58,465 bases of DNA, taken from positions 1 through 58,465 of the forward strand of contig JAJRXJ010000388.1 in the NCBI GenBank assembly GCA_024276355.1, written 5' to 3'. This DNA comes from Actinomycetes bacterium. GTDB lineage: Bacteria; Actinomycetota; Acidimicrobiia; Acidimicrobiales; Aldehydirespiratoraceae. The first letter of the stretch is position 1, and every line of letters begins with the position of its first letter. Under the pieces are notes generated by a model that saw only the letters and a list, made by a program, of their open reading frames with translations, ran no database searches and was not told the DNA's origin. This document shows positions 46,337 through 58,465 of the stretch, one piece after another. The translations under genes were made by a program, and so were the position numbers.

Positions 46337-47176
46337 ATGAACGTCGCACTGGTGGCCATCGCATTGTCATTGGGCCTGGTGGCCGGGGGTTTTGTCACGA
46401 TGCTCGTCGATCGCGTGCCCGACAAGACGAGGCTGTCGTTGGCCTCTCGGTGCCCGTACTGTGAGCATCGCCTGGGCTGGACCGAGGTCGTGCCCGTGGT
46501 CTCCTGGTTCGGACATCGCGGCCGCTGTCGCCACTGCGACCATGCGATCACCCCTGCATATCCAGCTGTCGAAATCGTGACTGGGGCACTGTTCGTGGTG
46601 GTGGCCGTCAAGTTCGGCGCCAACTGGGTGGTGATCCCGCCGCTGGTGTTGGTGACCTCGATCATGGCCCTCTCGGTCATCGACCTCTACGTCTACCGCC
46701 TGCCCGACCTCATCACCTTCCCGGCCATCGGCATCTCGTTCGTCTCGATGGTCGTCGTGGCGTTCGCGATCGACCGGCCGATAGCGATCGGTCGGGCCCT
46801 GACCGGCGCGCTGGCGTACTTCACACTTCTCCTGATGGCTCACCTGGTATCGCCCAGAGGCATGGGGTTCGGCGACGTCAAGCTGTCATTGCTGCTCGGC
46901 CTGCACATCGGCTGGGTCTCCGGGAGCACCTACCTGGGCTGGACGCCCGTGGTGAGGCTCGTATTCATCTCGTTGCTGATCGCCAGCGTTCTCGGCGTGA
47001 CGGGTGGGATAACCGTGGCCATGGTACGAAAGTCGGGGGTGGATGCCCTGGCCGACCCTGAAGCGGTCGATGGCCAGCCGACCCGCGTATTGGCACAAAG
47101 CATCCCGTTTGGCCCGGCCCTGGCTGCCGGCGCGGTGATCGCGGTGCTGTTCTCCGGAACTCTGTTGGGCGCCTGA
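46337..47176 (+). CDS. prepilin peptidase (A24 family, PilD/TadV-like) with N-terminal Zn-binding Cys motif
   Basis: CPYCEHRL...GRCRHCDHAI, multiple TM helices, and the catalytic-region GFGDVKL. ATG 46337 is preceded by GGAGGG. Confidence 0.85.
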   Translation: MNVALVAIALSLGLVAGGFVTMLVDRVPDKTRLSLASRCPYCEHRLGWTEVVPVVSWFGHRGRCRHCDHAITPAYPAVEIVTGALFVVVAVKFGANWVVIPPLVLVTSIMALSVIDLYVYRLPDLITFPAIGISFVSMVVVAFAIDRPIAIGRALTGALAYFTLLLMAHLVSPRGMGFGDVKLSLLLGLHIGWVSGSTYLGWTPVVRLVFISLLIASVLGVTGGITVAMVRKSGVDALADPEAVDGQPTRVLAQSIPFGPALAAGAVIAVLFSGTLLGA

Positions 47177-47225
47177 GGCCGGATGCTCCACGTTTGGTCG
47201 GTGTCCTCACCGGTACGATCGGCGG

Positions 47226-47744
47226 GTGGAGCTTCGCCATATTGTTCTCGTGGGTCCGATGGGATCCGGCAAGTCGACGGTTGGTAGAGACCTGGCGATA
47301 CGCCTCGGGCGACGCCACCGCGACACCGACGCGGCCGTTGCCCACCGGGCCGGCTGTTCGATCAGCGAGATCTTCGCCAAATCTGGTGAGGCGGAGTTCC
47401 GGAGGCGTGAGCGAGAGATGCTGATCAGGATCCTTTCCGGCCCGCCCGCGGTCGTGTCGACCGGAGGAGGGATAGTGGTCGATCCCGACAATCGCGAGCT
47501 GTTGGCCGAGCCGTTCGTGGTGTGGCTCGACGCCGGCCTCGACGATCTCGAGCGGCGTGTGAAGGGCGGCCGGGGTCGGCCCCTGCTCGACGGTGACGTG
47601 CGGGCCAATCTGGAGGCGAAGATCGCCGAGAGAGAACCCCACTATCGAGAAGTGGCCGACCTGAGGGTCGATACTTCCGGTATGAGCCGGCGGGCCACCG
47701 TAGAATTTCTTCTCTCGGCAATCGGAGAGGACGAAGCAGGATGA
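47226..47744 (+). CDS. aroK: shikimate kinase
   Basis: IVLVGPMGSGKSTVGRDLA...DTD...FR..E...STGGG. Confidence 0.92.
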   Translation: MELRHIVLVGPMGSGKSTVGRDLAIRLGRRHRDTDAAVAHRAGCSISEIFAKSGEAEFRRREREMLIRILSGPPAVVSTGGGIVVDPDNRELLAEPFVVWLDAGLDDLERRVKGGRGRPLLDGDVRANLEAKIAEREPHYREVADLRVDTSGMSRRATVEFLLSAIGEDEAG

Positions 47745-48745
47745 CGATCATTGATGTTCCGCTCGCCGAGCGGAGCTATCAGGTCCATGTCGGACACGGC
47801 ATGCGTCGTTCCCTCTCCGGACTGATTCCCGGTGATGTCCGCAGGGTTGCGGTGATCACCCAGGCCGAGATTCCCTGGACCGTCGACCCGGCACACGAAC
47901 ACAAACGCATTGAGGTCCCGTCGGGAGAATCGGCCAAGTCGCTGGGTGAGGTCGAATCGGTCTGTCGGCAGCTGGCCGACTGGGGCTGCACGCGCTCCGA
48001 CATGGTGGTGGCCGTAGGCGGGGGAGTGATCACCGACCTCGCCGGCTTCGTGGCCTCCGTCTACCACCGCGGGATCCGTTTCATCTCGGTTCCCACCACG
48101 CTTCTCGGTCAGGTCGATGCGGCCATAGGTGGCAAGACCGGAGTCAACCTTCCCGAGGGAAAGAATCTGGTCGGTGCCTTCTGGCAGCCGACCGCGGTGA
48201 TCTGCGACACCGAAACCCTCACCACTCTTCCCCAACGTGAAATGTTGAGTGGCTTGGGCGAGGTGGCGAAATACCACTTCCTGGGCGGTGGGAGCCTCGA
48301 CCAATTGGGTATCGAGGATCGTGTCGCGGCTTGTGTGCGGCTAAAGGCCGAGGTGGTGGCCGACGACGAGCGCGAGTCGGGTCGTCGTGCCATTCTCAAC
48401 TATGGCCACACCTTGGCCCATGCGATCGAGACGGCCGGGTCATACGACCTTCGCCACGGCGAGGCAGTTGCCATCGGACTTGTCTACGCCGCGGAGGTGG
48501 CCAGGCGTCTCGGCAGGATCGACGATGCCCGGGTGCAGGAACACCATCGTGTGCTCGATGTCTACGGACTGCAGAGCACCGTGCCTGATTCTCTCGACAC
48601 GGAGAAGTTGGTCGACCTGTTCTCACGCGACAAGAAGGCGGTGGAAGATGTCACCCTCGTGCTCGATGGCCCGGCCGGGGTGGAACCCGTGGTGGGAATC
48701 GACCACCATGTTCTGGTCGATTCCCTCGACGCAATCCGAACCTGA
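47741..48745 (+). CDS. aroB: 3-dehydroquinate synthase
   Basis: GGGVITDLAGFVASVYHRGIRFISVPTTLLGQVDAAIGGKTGVN...NYGHTLAHAIE. Confidence 0.93.
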   Translation: MTIIDVPLAERSYQVHVGHGMRRSLSGLIPGDVRRVAVITQAEIPWTVDPAHEHKRIEVPSGESAKSLGEVESVCRQLADWGCTRSDMVVAVGGGVITDLAGFVASVYHRGIRFISVPTTLLGQVDAAIGGKTGVNLPEGKNLVGAFWQPTAVICDTETLTTLPQREMLSGLGEVAKYHFLGGGSLDQLGIEDRVAACVRLKAEVVADDERESGRRAILNYGHTLAHAIETAGSYDLRHGEAVAIGLVYAAEVARRLGRIDDARVQEHHRVLDVYGLQSTVPDSLDTEKLVDLFSRDKKAVEDVTLVLDGPAGVEPVVGIDHHVLVDSLDAIRT

Positions 48746-48771
48746 CCGGCAACACGCAAGGGATCAAGAAG

Positions 48772-49215
48772 ATGAACAGCCCCAAGTCGGTCCTGCTCCT
48801 GTCGGGGCCCAACCTCAATCTGCTCGGCACTCGTGAGCCCGAGGTCTACGGAAGTGCCACGCTCGAGGACCATGTGGCCTCGGCCACAAGGGCGGCCGAG
48901 GCCAACGGCTTGGTCCTGACCCACCTCCAGTCCAACAGCGAAAGCGAACTGATCGACGCCATCCATGGGGCGATCACCGGCACTGCTGCGGTAGTGATCA
49001 ATCCGGGGGCGTTCACCCATTCGTCATGGGCCATCCACGATGCCCTGGCCGCGTATCCCGGGGTGATCGTCGAGCTCCATCTATCCAACCCGGATTCGCG
49101 TGAACCGTGGCGCCGTACATCGGTGGTGGCGCCGGTCGCCACGGGAACCATCAGCGGTTTCGGAGGTCACGGCTACGTTCTGGCCGTCGAGGCGGTCGCC
49201 CGGCTGCTTTCGTGA
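48772..49215 (+). CDS. aroQ: type II 3-dehydroquinate dehydratase
   Basis: VLLLSGPNLNLLGTREPEVYG...INPGAFTHSSWAIHDAL...VELHLSN. Confidence 0.93.
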   Translation: MNSPKSVLLLSGPNLNLLGTREPEVYGSATLEDHVASATRAAEANGLVLTHLQSNSESELIDAIHGAITGTAAVVINPGAFTHSSWAIHDALAAYPGVIVELHLSNPDSREPWRRTSVVAPVATGTISGFGGHGYVLAVEAVARLLS

Positions 49216-50312
49216 CGACCACGGATTTCCCACCGATCTCGGTATCCGGCCGTATCGATGCCGTCCGTCGCGAGCTGCCCGACGTCGGGTGCGACGCGCT
49301 GGTGATCACGAACATGGTCAACATCCGGTGGTGCACCGGCTTTACCGGGTCGGCCGGCGCGTTGGTGATCACCGGCGAATCAGCAGTGTTGACAACCGAC
49401 AGTCGATACCGCGATCAGGCGCCGGGGGAGCTGAGCAGAGCCGGATGCCATGCCGATCTCGAGATCTCGCAGAACGTCGTGTCCGCCGGTGCTGCCCGAC
49501 TTCCCCCGGGGATCCGGGTGGGCCTCGAATCGGAGTCGATCACCTGGTCACAGCAGCGGGCGTGGGCAGACGCGTTGGGCACAGATCCGATTGCGGTGGC
49601 CGACCTCGTGCTCGGCCTGCGTAGCGTCAAGACTCCCGCCGAGGTCGACAGGATCGAGGCTGCGGCCGCCATCGTCGATGCGGCCCTCGGCGATGCTGTC
49701 GGGTTGATCAGACCGGGTACCACCGAACGTGCGCTGGCGTTGGCCATCGACGATGGGATGCGCAGACGGGGAGCGGCGGGCCCGGCCTACGACACCATCG
49801 TGGCCACCGGGCCAAATTCGGCTCTCCCTCATGCCACCGCCGGTGAGAGGAAGATGGTCGCCGGCGACCTGTTGGTGGTCGATGCGGGAGCTCTGGTCGA
49901 CGGTTACCGGAGCGACATGACCCGTACATTCGTTGTTGGTGGTGGCCCTGCCCGGCGCGAGGCCGAGGAGATCCTGGCCGTGGTCGTGGCAGCCCAGCTC
50001 GCTGGTGTGGAACATGTGGCGCCCGGGCGCGAGGCCGGCGAAATCGACCTCGCCTGCCGGTCGATGATCGACGATGCCGGCCACGGCGAGAGGTTCGGTC
50101 ACGGAACCGGTCACGGTGTCGGTCTCGACATCCACGAGCTTCCGGCGGTCAGGAAGGGCAACGCCGCTATCCTCCAGCCGGGTCAAGTGCTCACTGTCGA
50201 GCCCGGAATCTACATCCCCGAACTCGGGGGTGTCAGGATCGAGGACACAGTGGTAGTGACCCACGACGGGTGCCGAGTGCTCACCCGGTTTCCCAAACAG
50301 CCAAGCACATGA
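49212..50312 (+). CDS. M24 family Xaa-Pro aminopeptidase
   Basis: A creatinase-like N-domain is followed by [22 protein letters not shown]...[13 protein letters not shown]...LTVEPGIY...GGVRIED. GTGA overlap with aroQ. Confidence 0.88.
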   Translation: MTTTDFPPISVSGRIDAVRRELPDVGCDALVITNMVNIRWCTGFTGSAGALVITGESAVLTTDSRYRDQAPGELSRAGCHADLEISQNVVSAGAARLPPGIRVGLESESITWSQQRAWADALGTDPIAVADLVLGLRSVKTPAEVDRIEAAAAIVDAALGDAVGLIRPGTTERALALAIDDGMRRRGAAGPAYDTIVATGPNSALPHATAGERKMVAGDLLVVDAGALVDGYRSDMTRTFVVGGGPARREAEEILAVVVAAQLAGVEHVAPGREAGEIDLACRSMIDDAGHGERFGHGTGHGVGLDIHELPAVRKGNAAILQPGQVLTVEPGIYIPELGGVRIEDTVVVTHDGCRVLTRFPKQPST

Positions 50313-50325
50313 ACACGGAGTCACC

Positions 50326-50889
50326 ATGGCCACCATCACCACCAACGACCTGAAGAACGGGATGGCCCTCGAGATCGAAGGCTCTTTGTTCCAGGTGGTC
50401 GATTTTCAGCACGTGAAGCCCGGCAAGGGCCACGCCTTTGTACGGACCACTCTCAAGAACGCCCGTACCGGGGCGGTCGTCGATCGGACCTTTCGGGCCG
50501 GCGAAAAGGTGGAGCGGGCCACCATCGACAAGCGCGACATGCAGTTTCTCTACCGCGACGGCTCCGACTACGTGTTCATGGACAACGAGAGCTACGACCA
50601 GATCCACGTGGCCCCCGAAGTACTCGGCGATGCCGCCAACTACCTGATCGAGAACTCTTCGGCCGTTCTGCTCATGTACGGAACCGAGATTGTCGGTACC
50701 GACCTGGCCGCGTCCGTTGAGCTCACCATCGCCGAGACCGAACCGGGCCTACAGGGTGATCGCTCATCCGGAGGTACCAAGCCGGCCACTCTCGAGACCG
50801 GATTGGTGATTCAGGTCCCGCTCTTCATCAGCCAGGGTGAGCGGGTCAAGATCGACACCCGCACCGGCGCCTACCTAAGCCGCGCGTGA
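50326..50889 (+). CDS. efp: elongation factor P
   Basis: [45 protein letters not shown]. Confidence 0.97.
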   Translation: MATITTNDLKNGMALEIEGSLFQVVDFQHVKPGKGHAFVRTTLKNARTGAVVDRTFRAGEKVERATIDKRDMQFLYRDGSDYVFMDNESYDQIHVAPEVLGDAANYLIENSSAVLLMYGTEIVGTDLAASVELTIAETEPGLQGDRSSGGTKPATLETGLVIQVPLFISQGERVKIDTRTGAYLSRA

Positions 50890-51299
50890 CCGCTTCCGTC
50901 CCGGGGCTCGGCAAGCGCCGAGAGGCACGCGAAGAAGCTCTGGCACTTCTCTACGAATCTTCGGTATCGGGCCAGGATGTGGCCGGCATCGTTGCCGGTC
51001 GGGTCCTTCCTCCCGAGGAATACGCGATCGAGATCGCGTCGGGGATCGACCGCGATCGTCCGGCCATCGACAAGCTGATCACGGCCAACATCAAGGGCTG
51101 GCGGATCGAACGCATGGCTCTGGTCGACCGGGTGATCGCCTCGATCGCCACATGGGAGCTGGTGAATCGTGGTGATGTGCCCACCGGTGTGGTGCTCTCC
51201 GAGGCCGTGGAACTGGCCACCCAATACGCGGGCGAGGAATCGCCCCGGTTTCTCAACGGCCTGCTTCGAGCGATCGCCAACGAGGTGCGCGGGGCCTGA
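50886..51299 (+). CDS. nusB: transcription antitermination factor NusB
   Basis: [10 protein letters not shown]...[11 protein letters not shown]...EL......[14 protein letters not shown] overlap with efp. Confidence 0.92.
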   Translation: MTASVPGLGKRREAREEALALLYESSVSGQDVAGIVAGRVLPPEEYAIEIASGIDRDRPAIDKLITANIKGWRIERMALVDRVIASIATWELVNRGDVPTGVVLSEAVELATQYAGEESPRFLNGLLRAIANEVRGA

Positions 51300-51302
51300 C
51301 TT

Positions 51303-51821
51303 GTGATGTTTCCCGACATGACCGACCGCGTAGTCGTGTTACGTCGGTGGCATGTGGGCGACGCAGCTTCGCTGACGGCCGCATGGGCCGACCCCGGTGT
51401 GGCGGCCGGTTCGGCCCCGCCGGCCGATCGCGGGCTGGATGCGGCCACGGCGTGGATAGAGGGTGCCCGCGTACGTGAGCAGGCCAGTCTGGCCGTCGAC
51501 ATCGTGATGGCTGACCCCGTGGACGACCACGTGATGGGTGAGGTGGGGATCTCCTCGATCGATGAGGTGAGGCGGGCGGCGCTCATCGGCTGGTGGGTGT
51601 CCGCCGACGACCGAGGGCGGCACGTGGCGTCGACTGCCGTTCGCATGTTCGCCGACTGGATGCTCGACGCCGGACCTCTCGACCACTTGGTGGCCGAGAT
51701 CTTGCCCACAAACGAGCCTTCCATCCGGGTGGCGCTCAACGCCGGGTTTCGCCTGCTGCGCCCATCCGAAGGGAGCCGGCCACTGGTGTTCGCACGCGGC
51801 CGGTCGGATTCGCGCCAATAG
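51303..51821 (+). CDS. GNAT family N-acetyltransferase (RimJ/RimL-like)
   Basis: The typical pattern LRRW...D...L......P....W is followed by IGWWV..DDRGRHVAS.A and ...NEPSIRVALNAGF. The start is uncertain (GTG 51303 or ATG 51306). Confidence 0.68.
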   Translation: MMFPDMTDRVVVLRRWHVGDAASLTAAWADPGVAAGSAPPADRGLDAATAWIEGARVREQASLAVDIVMADPVDDHVMGEVGISSIDEVRRAALIGWWVSADDRGRHVASTAVRMFADWMLDAGPLDHLVAEILPTNEPSIRVALNAGFRLLRPSEGSRPLVFARGRSDSRQ

Positions 51822-51870
51822 GTCGGCACTTCGGACCAGTCGTGCTACCTTTCGATCTCGACCGTGAAAC

Positions 51871-51885
51871 GAGTCCAGTGAGGCC
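51871..51885 (+). promoter_or_regulatory. PyrR-binding-loop-like RNA element GAGUCCAGUGAGGCC in the pyrR leader
   Basis: 12 of 14 positions match the PyrR box ARUCCAGAGAGGCU as I recall it. It lies 25 nt upstream of the pyrR ATG, just 5' of the purine-rich RBS GAAAGAGAG. Confidence 0.45.
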
Positions 51886-51909
51886 CGTACGGACGAAAGA
51901 GAGAATCGA

Positions 51910-52476
51910 ATGGGAAAGCGCGAGAGGCGCTCAGCCGTGCCCACGCCCGGCACCTTGTTTCAGGCCCGCACCCGGGTCCTGTCCGCCGATGATGTCGGCA
52001 GGGCCGTGCGGCGGATGGCCCACGAGATCCTGGAGAGAAACTCCGGCCCCGACAATGTGGCTCTGATCGGCTTGCAGACCGGCGGTGTCGACCTGGCCCG
52101 AAAACTTGGCGAGGCCATCCTCGAGATCGAAGGCGCCGCGGTGCCGGTCGGAACGCTCGATGCCACCACGCACCGCGACGACTACGGTCTTCGGCCGGTG
52201 ATGCCGGAGGCGGCCACCGACATCCCGGTTGATCCGACCGGCAAGGTGATCGTGCTGGTCGATGACGTGCTGTTCACGGGTCGCACGGTGAGGGCCGCGC
52301 TCGACGCCATCCACTCCTACGGACGCCCTGCCTCGGTGCAGTTGGCGGTGATGGTCGACCGCGGTCATCGCGAACTCCCCATACGCCCCGACTACGTGGG
52401 GAAGAATCTGCCCACCCGGCGCGATGAGGTGGTGGACGTCAACAGCGATGGCGTCGATCTGGGAGAGATGGCGTGA
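51910..52476 (+). CDS. pyrR: bifunctional pyrimidine operon regulator / uracil phosphoribosyltransferase PyrR
   Basis: [10 protein letters not shown]......LIGLQTGG...[19 protein letters not shown]. Confidence 0.95.
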   Translation: MGKRERRSAVPTPGTLFQARTRVLSADDVGRAVRRMAHEILERNSGPDNVALIGLQTGGVDLARKLGEAILEIEGAAVPVGTLDATTHRDDYGLRPVMPEAATDIPVDPTGKVIVLVDDVLFTGRTVRAALDAIHSYGRPASVQLAVMVDRGHRELPIRPDYVGKNLPTRRDEVVDVNSDGVDLGEMA

Positions 52477-53426
52477 ACGCTCCCATCCGGAACCTGCTGT
52501 CGATCGCTGATCTCGATCGGGCTGCGATCGAGCAGATCCTCGAACTGACCGAGTCGTTCGCCGAGGTGGGCGAGCGAAGCATCCCGAAGGTGCCGGCGTT
52601 GCGAGGCAAGACCATCGCTTGGCTCTTCTACGAGGACTCCACCCGCACGAGGCTGTCCTTCGAGACGGCCGCCAAGAGACTTTCGGCCGACACGATGAAC
52701 TTCAGTGTCGGCACATCGTCGGTCAAGAAGGGGGAGTCCCTGCGCGACACCGTCAACACCATCGAGGCCATGGGGATCGACGGAGTCGTCGTGCGCCACG
52801 GCGATGCGGGAGCACCTCATCGCATAGCCGAGTGGGTCGACGCGGCGGTTGTCAACGCCGGCGACGGATGGAATCAGCATCCCACCCAGTCTCTGCTCGA
52901 TCTCTACACCGCCAGAAGCCGCCTCGGGGATCTCGATGGCCGGCATCTGGTGGTCGTCGGCGACATCAAGCACTCGCGCGTGGCCAGATCCAACGTGATG
53001 GCGTTCACCGAGATGGGCGCCCGGGTCACGCTGGTCGCGCCGCGCACCCTGCTGCCCGCGGACCTGGATCAATGGCCGGTGGGGGTAACCCACGACCTCG
53101 ATTCGGTTATCGAGTCGGCCGACATCTGCTATCTGCTGCGCATGCAACTCGAACGTCAGGAGCAGGCCTACGTGCCCACGTTGCGAGAGTTCCACACCGA
53201 ATGGGGCCTCGACACGAGGCGTTCCGCCATGCTGCCGGACCATGCCCTGATAATGCACCCGGGCCCGATGAACAGAGGGGTGGAGATCGACGGTTTGGTG
53301 GCCGATCAGCCCAACTCGGTCATGACCCAGCAGGTCACCAACGGTGTGGCCGTGAGGATGGCCGTGCTCTATGTGCTGCTCGGTTCCGGACTCGATCTGG
53401 TCGATCAGCGTCTGGCAGTGGCATGA
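52473..53426 (+). CDS. pyrB: aspartate carbamoyltransferase catalytic subunit
   Basis: [13 protein letters not shown]...HPTQSLLD...[11 protein letters not shown]. Confidence 0.96.
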   Translation: MNAPIRNLLSIADLDRAAIEQILELTESFAEVGERSIPKVPALRGKTIAWLFYEDSTRTRLSFETAAKRLSADTMNFSVGTSSVKKGESLRDTVNTIEAMGIDGVVVRHGDAGAPHRIAEWVDAAVVNAGDGWNQHPTQSLLDLYTARSRLGDLDGRHLVVVGDIKHSRVARSNVMAFTEMGARVTLVAPRTLLPADLDQWPVGVTHDLDSVIESADICYLLRMQLERQEQAYVPTLREFHTEWGLDTRRSAMLPDHALIMHPGPMNRGVEIDGLVADQPNSVMTQQVTNGVAVRMAVLYVLLGSGLDLVDQRLAVA

Positions 53427-54724
53427 CCTCCACCACAGCCATCCGGGGCGGGACCGTCATCGATTCGGCCGGAAGCCGCCGGGCCGATGTGGTCGTCGGC
53501 AGCGACGGTTCGATCATCGAGGTGGGGGCAGATCTCAAAGCCGATTCGTCCATCGATGCCACCGGATGCGTGGTCACCCCCGGACTGGTCGATCTTCACG
53601 TTCATCTGCGTGAGCCCGGCCGCGAGGAGGCCGAGACCATCGAGACCGGCGCCAGGGGGGCGGCTCTGGGCGGATTCACGGCGATCCTGGCCATGCCCAA
53701 CACAACGCCCGCGGTCGACACCGCCGCGATGGTCAACGAGATACGCCACCTCGGGCGCGGTACGGCGTGTGATGTCCACACCTCCGGGGCGATAACAGTC
53801 GGACGCAGGGGAGAGGCACTCTCTCCGATGGCCGAGATGGTGAGGGCCGGAGTGAGGGTCTTCACCGACGACGGCACCGGCGTGCAGGACCCGCAACTGA
53901 TGCGCACAGCGCTCGAATACGCGGGCTCTCTCACCCACCTTTCCGGCGGTCGGGCGATCGTGTTGGCCCAACACTGTGAGGTGTCGGCGCTGAGCGGCGG
54001 TGGCTTCATGCACGAGGGCAGCTGGTCGAGCAGCCTCGGCATACCGGGCCAACCGGCCGAGGCCGAGGAACTCATGGTCATGCGGGACATCGCCCTGTCC
54101 AAGCTCACCGGTGTACGGGTGCATTTCCAACACATGTCGACAGCCGGTTCGGTGGAGATGATTCGGGCTGCGAAAGCGGCGGGCCTTCCGGTCACCGCGG
54201 AGGCCACCACCCACCACTTCACACTCACGGACGAGTCGTGCAACACCTACGACCCGGTGTTCAAGGTCCATCCACCTCTGCGAACCGACCTCGACGTGGC
54301 TGCGGTCAAGGAGGGCCTGGCCGACGGCACCATCGACGCCATCGCCACCGACCATGCCCCCCACACTCCCGAGGACAAGGAACTCACGTTCGCCGAAGCT
54401 CCGCCGGGCATGCTGGGGCTGGAGACGGCTTTCGCGTTGGCCAACAGCGAGCTGGACCTTCCCATCGAGGTCATTCTTGCTCTCATGTCATGGCGTCCGG
54501 CGGCGATAGCGGGACTCGATCCGGCCCACGGGGGCCCGATCGTGGCCGGTGGTGCGGCCAACATCACCGTGATCGACCCGGAGATCAGATGGACGATATC
54601 TGGAGCAGCAATGGCCAGTCGCAGCAACAACACGCCGTATGAGGGTCGCACCGTGCGCGGTCGTGTTCGCCATACGATCCTTGCCGGTCGGCCGGTCGTG
54701 GTCGACGGAGAGGCCCTGCTGTGA
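53423..54724 (+). CDS. pyrC: dihydroorotase
   Basis: PGLVDLHVHLREPG...AMPNTTP...DHAPH. ATGA overlap with pyrB. The track ORF 52619..54724 N-terminal extension is an out-of-frame overlap of pyrB and was trimmed. Confidence 0.93.
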   Translation: MTSTTAIRGGTVIDSAGSRRADVVVGSDGSIIEVGADLKADSSIDATGCVVTPGLVDLHVHLREPGREEAETIETGARGAALGGFTAILAMPNTTPAVDTAAMVNEIRHLGRGTACDVHTSGAITVGRRGEALSPMAEMVRAGVRVFTDDGTGVQDPQLMRTALEYAGSLTHLSGGRAIVLAQHCEVSALSGGGFMHEGSWSSSLGIPGQPAEAEELMVMRDIALSKLTGVRVHFQHMSTAGSVEMIRAAKAAGLPVTAEATTHHFTLTDESCNTYDPVFKVHPPLRTDLDVAAVKEGLADGTIDAIATDHAPHTPEDKELTFAEAPPGMLGLETAFALANSELDLPIEVILALMSWRPAAIAGLDPAHGGPIVAGGAANITVIDPEIRWTISGAAMASRSNNTPYEGRTVRGRVRHTILAGRPVVVDGEALL

Positions 54725-55805
54725 GCGAAATTCGTGAATACCAACTCGTGCTCGCCGATGGTGAGGTCTTCGAGGGTGAGGGTATGGGCGCCGAACCGGT
54801 AGACGGGGTGGCCGCCGGTGAGGTTGTGTTCAACACGGTTCTCAGCGGCTATCAGGAAGTCCTCACCGACCCGTCCTACGCGGGCCAGATGATCACCTTC
54901 ACCTACCCCCATATCGGCAACTACGGCGTCTCATCGCTGGACAACGAGGCAGAACGGCCGTTCTGCCGTGGTGTGATCGTGAGGGAAATGGCCCGACGAC
55001 ACAGCAGTTGGAGAAGCGAAGGCGGTCTCGATCAGTGGCTGACGCAACATGGTCTGGCCGGAATCGGCGGCGTGGACACCCGACGGCTCACCCGCCATTT
55101 GCGCGACGCGGGAGCCATGGTCGGGGCCTTCGGACCCGGCGACACCCGAAGCCTGCTGGCGGCCGCCAAAGCTGCCCCGGGCACGGCCGGGCTCGATCTG
55201 GTCAGTGAGGTCACCACGTCCGAGCCGTTCACCTTCGGATCGGGGCCACGCCGGGTGGTCGCCTACGATCTGGGGGTCAAGGCCACCATGCTTCGTCACC
55301 TCGGCGAGATCGCCACGGTCACGGTCGTGCCGGCCCACACCACAGCTGTCGATGTGCTGGCCCTGAAGCCCGACGGGGTGTTCCTGTCGAACGGACCCGG
55401 CGATCCGGAGGAAGCGGGTTCGATCGTCACCGAACTCCCGGGCCTTCTGGGGAAGGTACCCATATTCGGTATCTGCCTCGGCCACCAGATCCTTTCGCTC
55501 GCCATGGGCGGACGAACCTTCAAGATGAAGTTCGGGCACCATGGCGGAAACGTACCGGTTCAGGACAGTCGGACCGGTCGGGTCGAAATCACCAGTCAGA
55601 ATCACAACTTCGCGGTGGAGTCGGGCTCGGTTCCCGGAGTCGTGGAGACCCACGTGTGTCTCAACGACGGAGTGCTGGAGGGCATGGTGGCCACCGACAT
55701 CCCGGCTTTCAGTGTCCAGTACCACCCTGAGGCCGGTCCCGGCCCCCACGATTCGAGATACTTGTTCGATCAGTTCGCCGAGCTGATGGATTCGGGGGTC
55801 ATCTG

Positions 55806-55806
<1 letters not shown>
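54721..55806 (+). CDS. carA: carbamoyl-phosphate synthase small (glutaminase) subunit
   Basis: [14 protein letters not shown]....GEVVFNT...[13 protein letters not shown]...[10 protein letters not shown]...GICLGHQ...HHG.N.PV. Confidence 0.95.

Positions 55807-58465
<2,659 letters not shown>

Noticed and set aside
52619-54724. 701-aa ORF suggesting a giant PyrC, with similar N-terminal extensions of ruvC (22650), ruvA (23414), queA (25461), apt (31789), pilD (46193), pepP (49107) and DUF3048 (14364)
   Set aside because: The extensions overlap the preceding well-supported gene in another frame. Homology starts at internal starts that overlap or abut the upstream stop, in the ATGA/GTGA coupling typical of this locus.

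Overview
This is a high-GC, densely coding actinobacterial-type chromosome segment, possibly from a deep-branching lineage such as Acidimicrobiia; that guess rests on gene content and order, not on any search. I call about 60 protein genes and find no rRNA, tRNA, CRISPR array, IS element or integrase. Most of the window is a conserved housekeeping backbone. As far as I recall it is colinear with M. tuberculosis Rv2614c to Rv2533c: thrS-HIT-pgsA-PIM acyltransferase-pimA, pdxST-yebC, ruvCAB, yajC-secDF-apt-rel-hisS-aspS-rarA-alaS-ruvX-mltG-aroE, aroKBQ-pepP-efp-nusB, then pyrR-pyrBC-carAB. queA and tgt lie between ruvB and yajC, as in Bacillus. The non-backbone parts are:
- A 4.7 kb six-gene insert between HIT and pgsA: DUF222/HNH, NTF2-like, SCO6745-like, CGNR zinc finger, LysE exporter and a 2-TM protein.
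- A LemA / catalytically dead HtpX-like / DUF3048 lipoprotein trio between pimA and pdxS.
- A GCS2 ligase, a Tat-lipoprotein multicopper oxidase, and a YdcF-ABC operon between yebC and ruvC.
- A serine hydrolase lying antisense between queA and tgt.
- A DUF4388(PATAN)-prepilin peptidase pair inside the shikimate operon, which has no aroC.

The sequence-level signals I consider most worth checking:
- Near-identical LexA/SOS-box-like palindromes fused to a -10 hexamer and the start codon of both the HNH gene and ruvC.
- A CsoR-type operator in front of the multicopper oxidase.
- A 30-bp palindrome in front of the CGNR-LysE pair.
- A PyrR-box-like element in the pyrR leader.
- A recurrent TANNNT-N6-9-start pattern suggesting widespread leaderless mRNAs.

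I do not see a convincing, clearly novel multi-gene system. The HIT-pgsA insert and the LemA/pseudo-protease module are the best candidates, and I rate them accordingly. All calls come from reading the sequence and the ORF translations and recalling family motifs; no database search was run.
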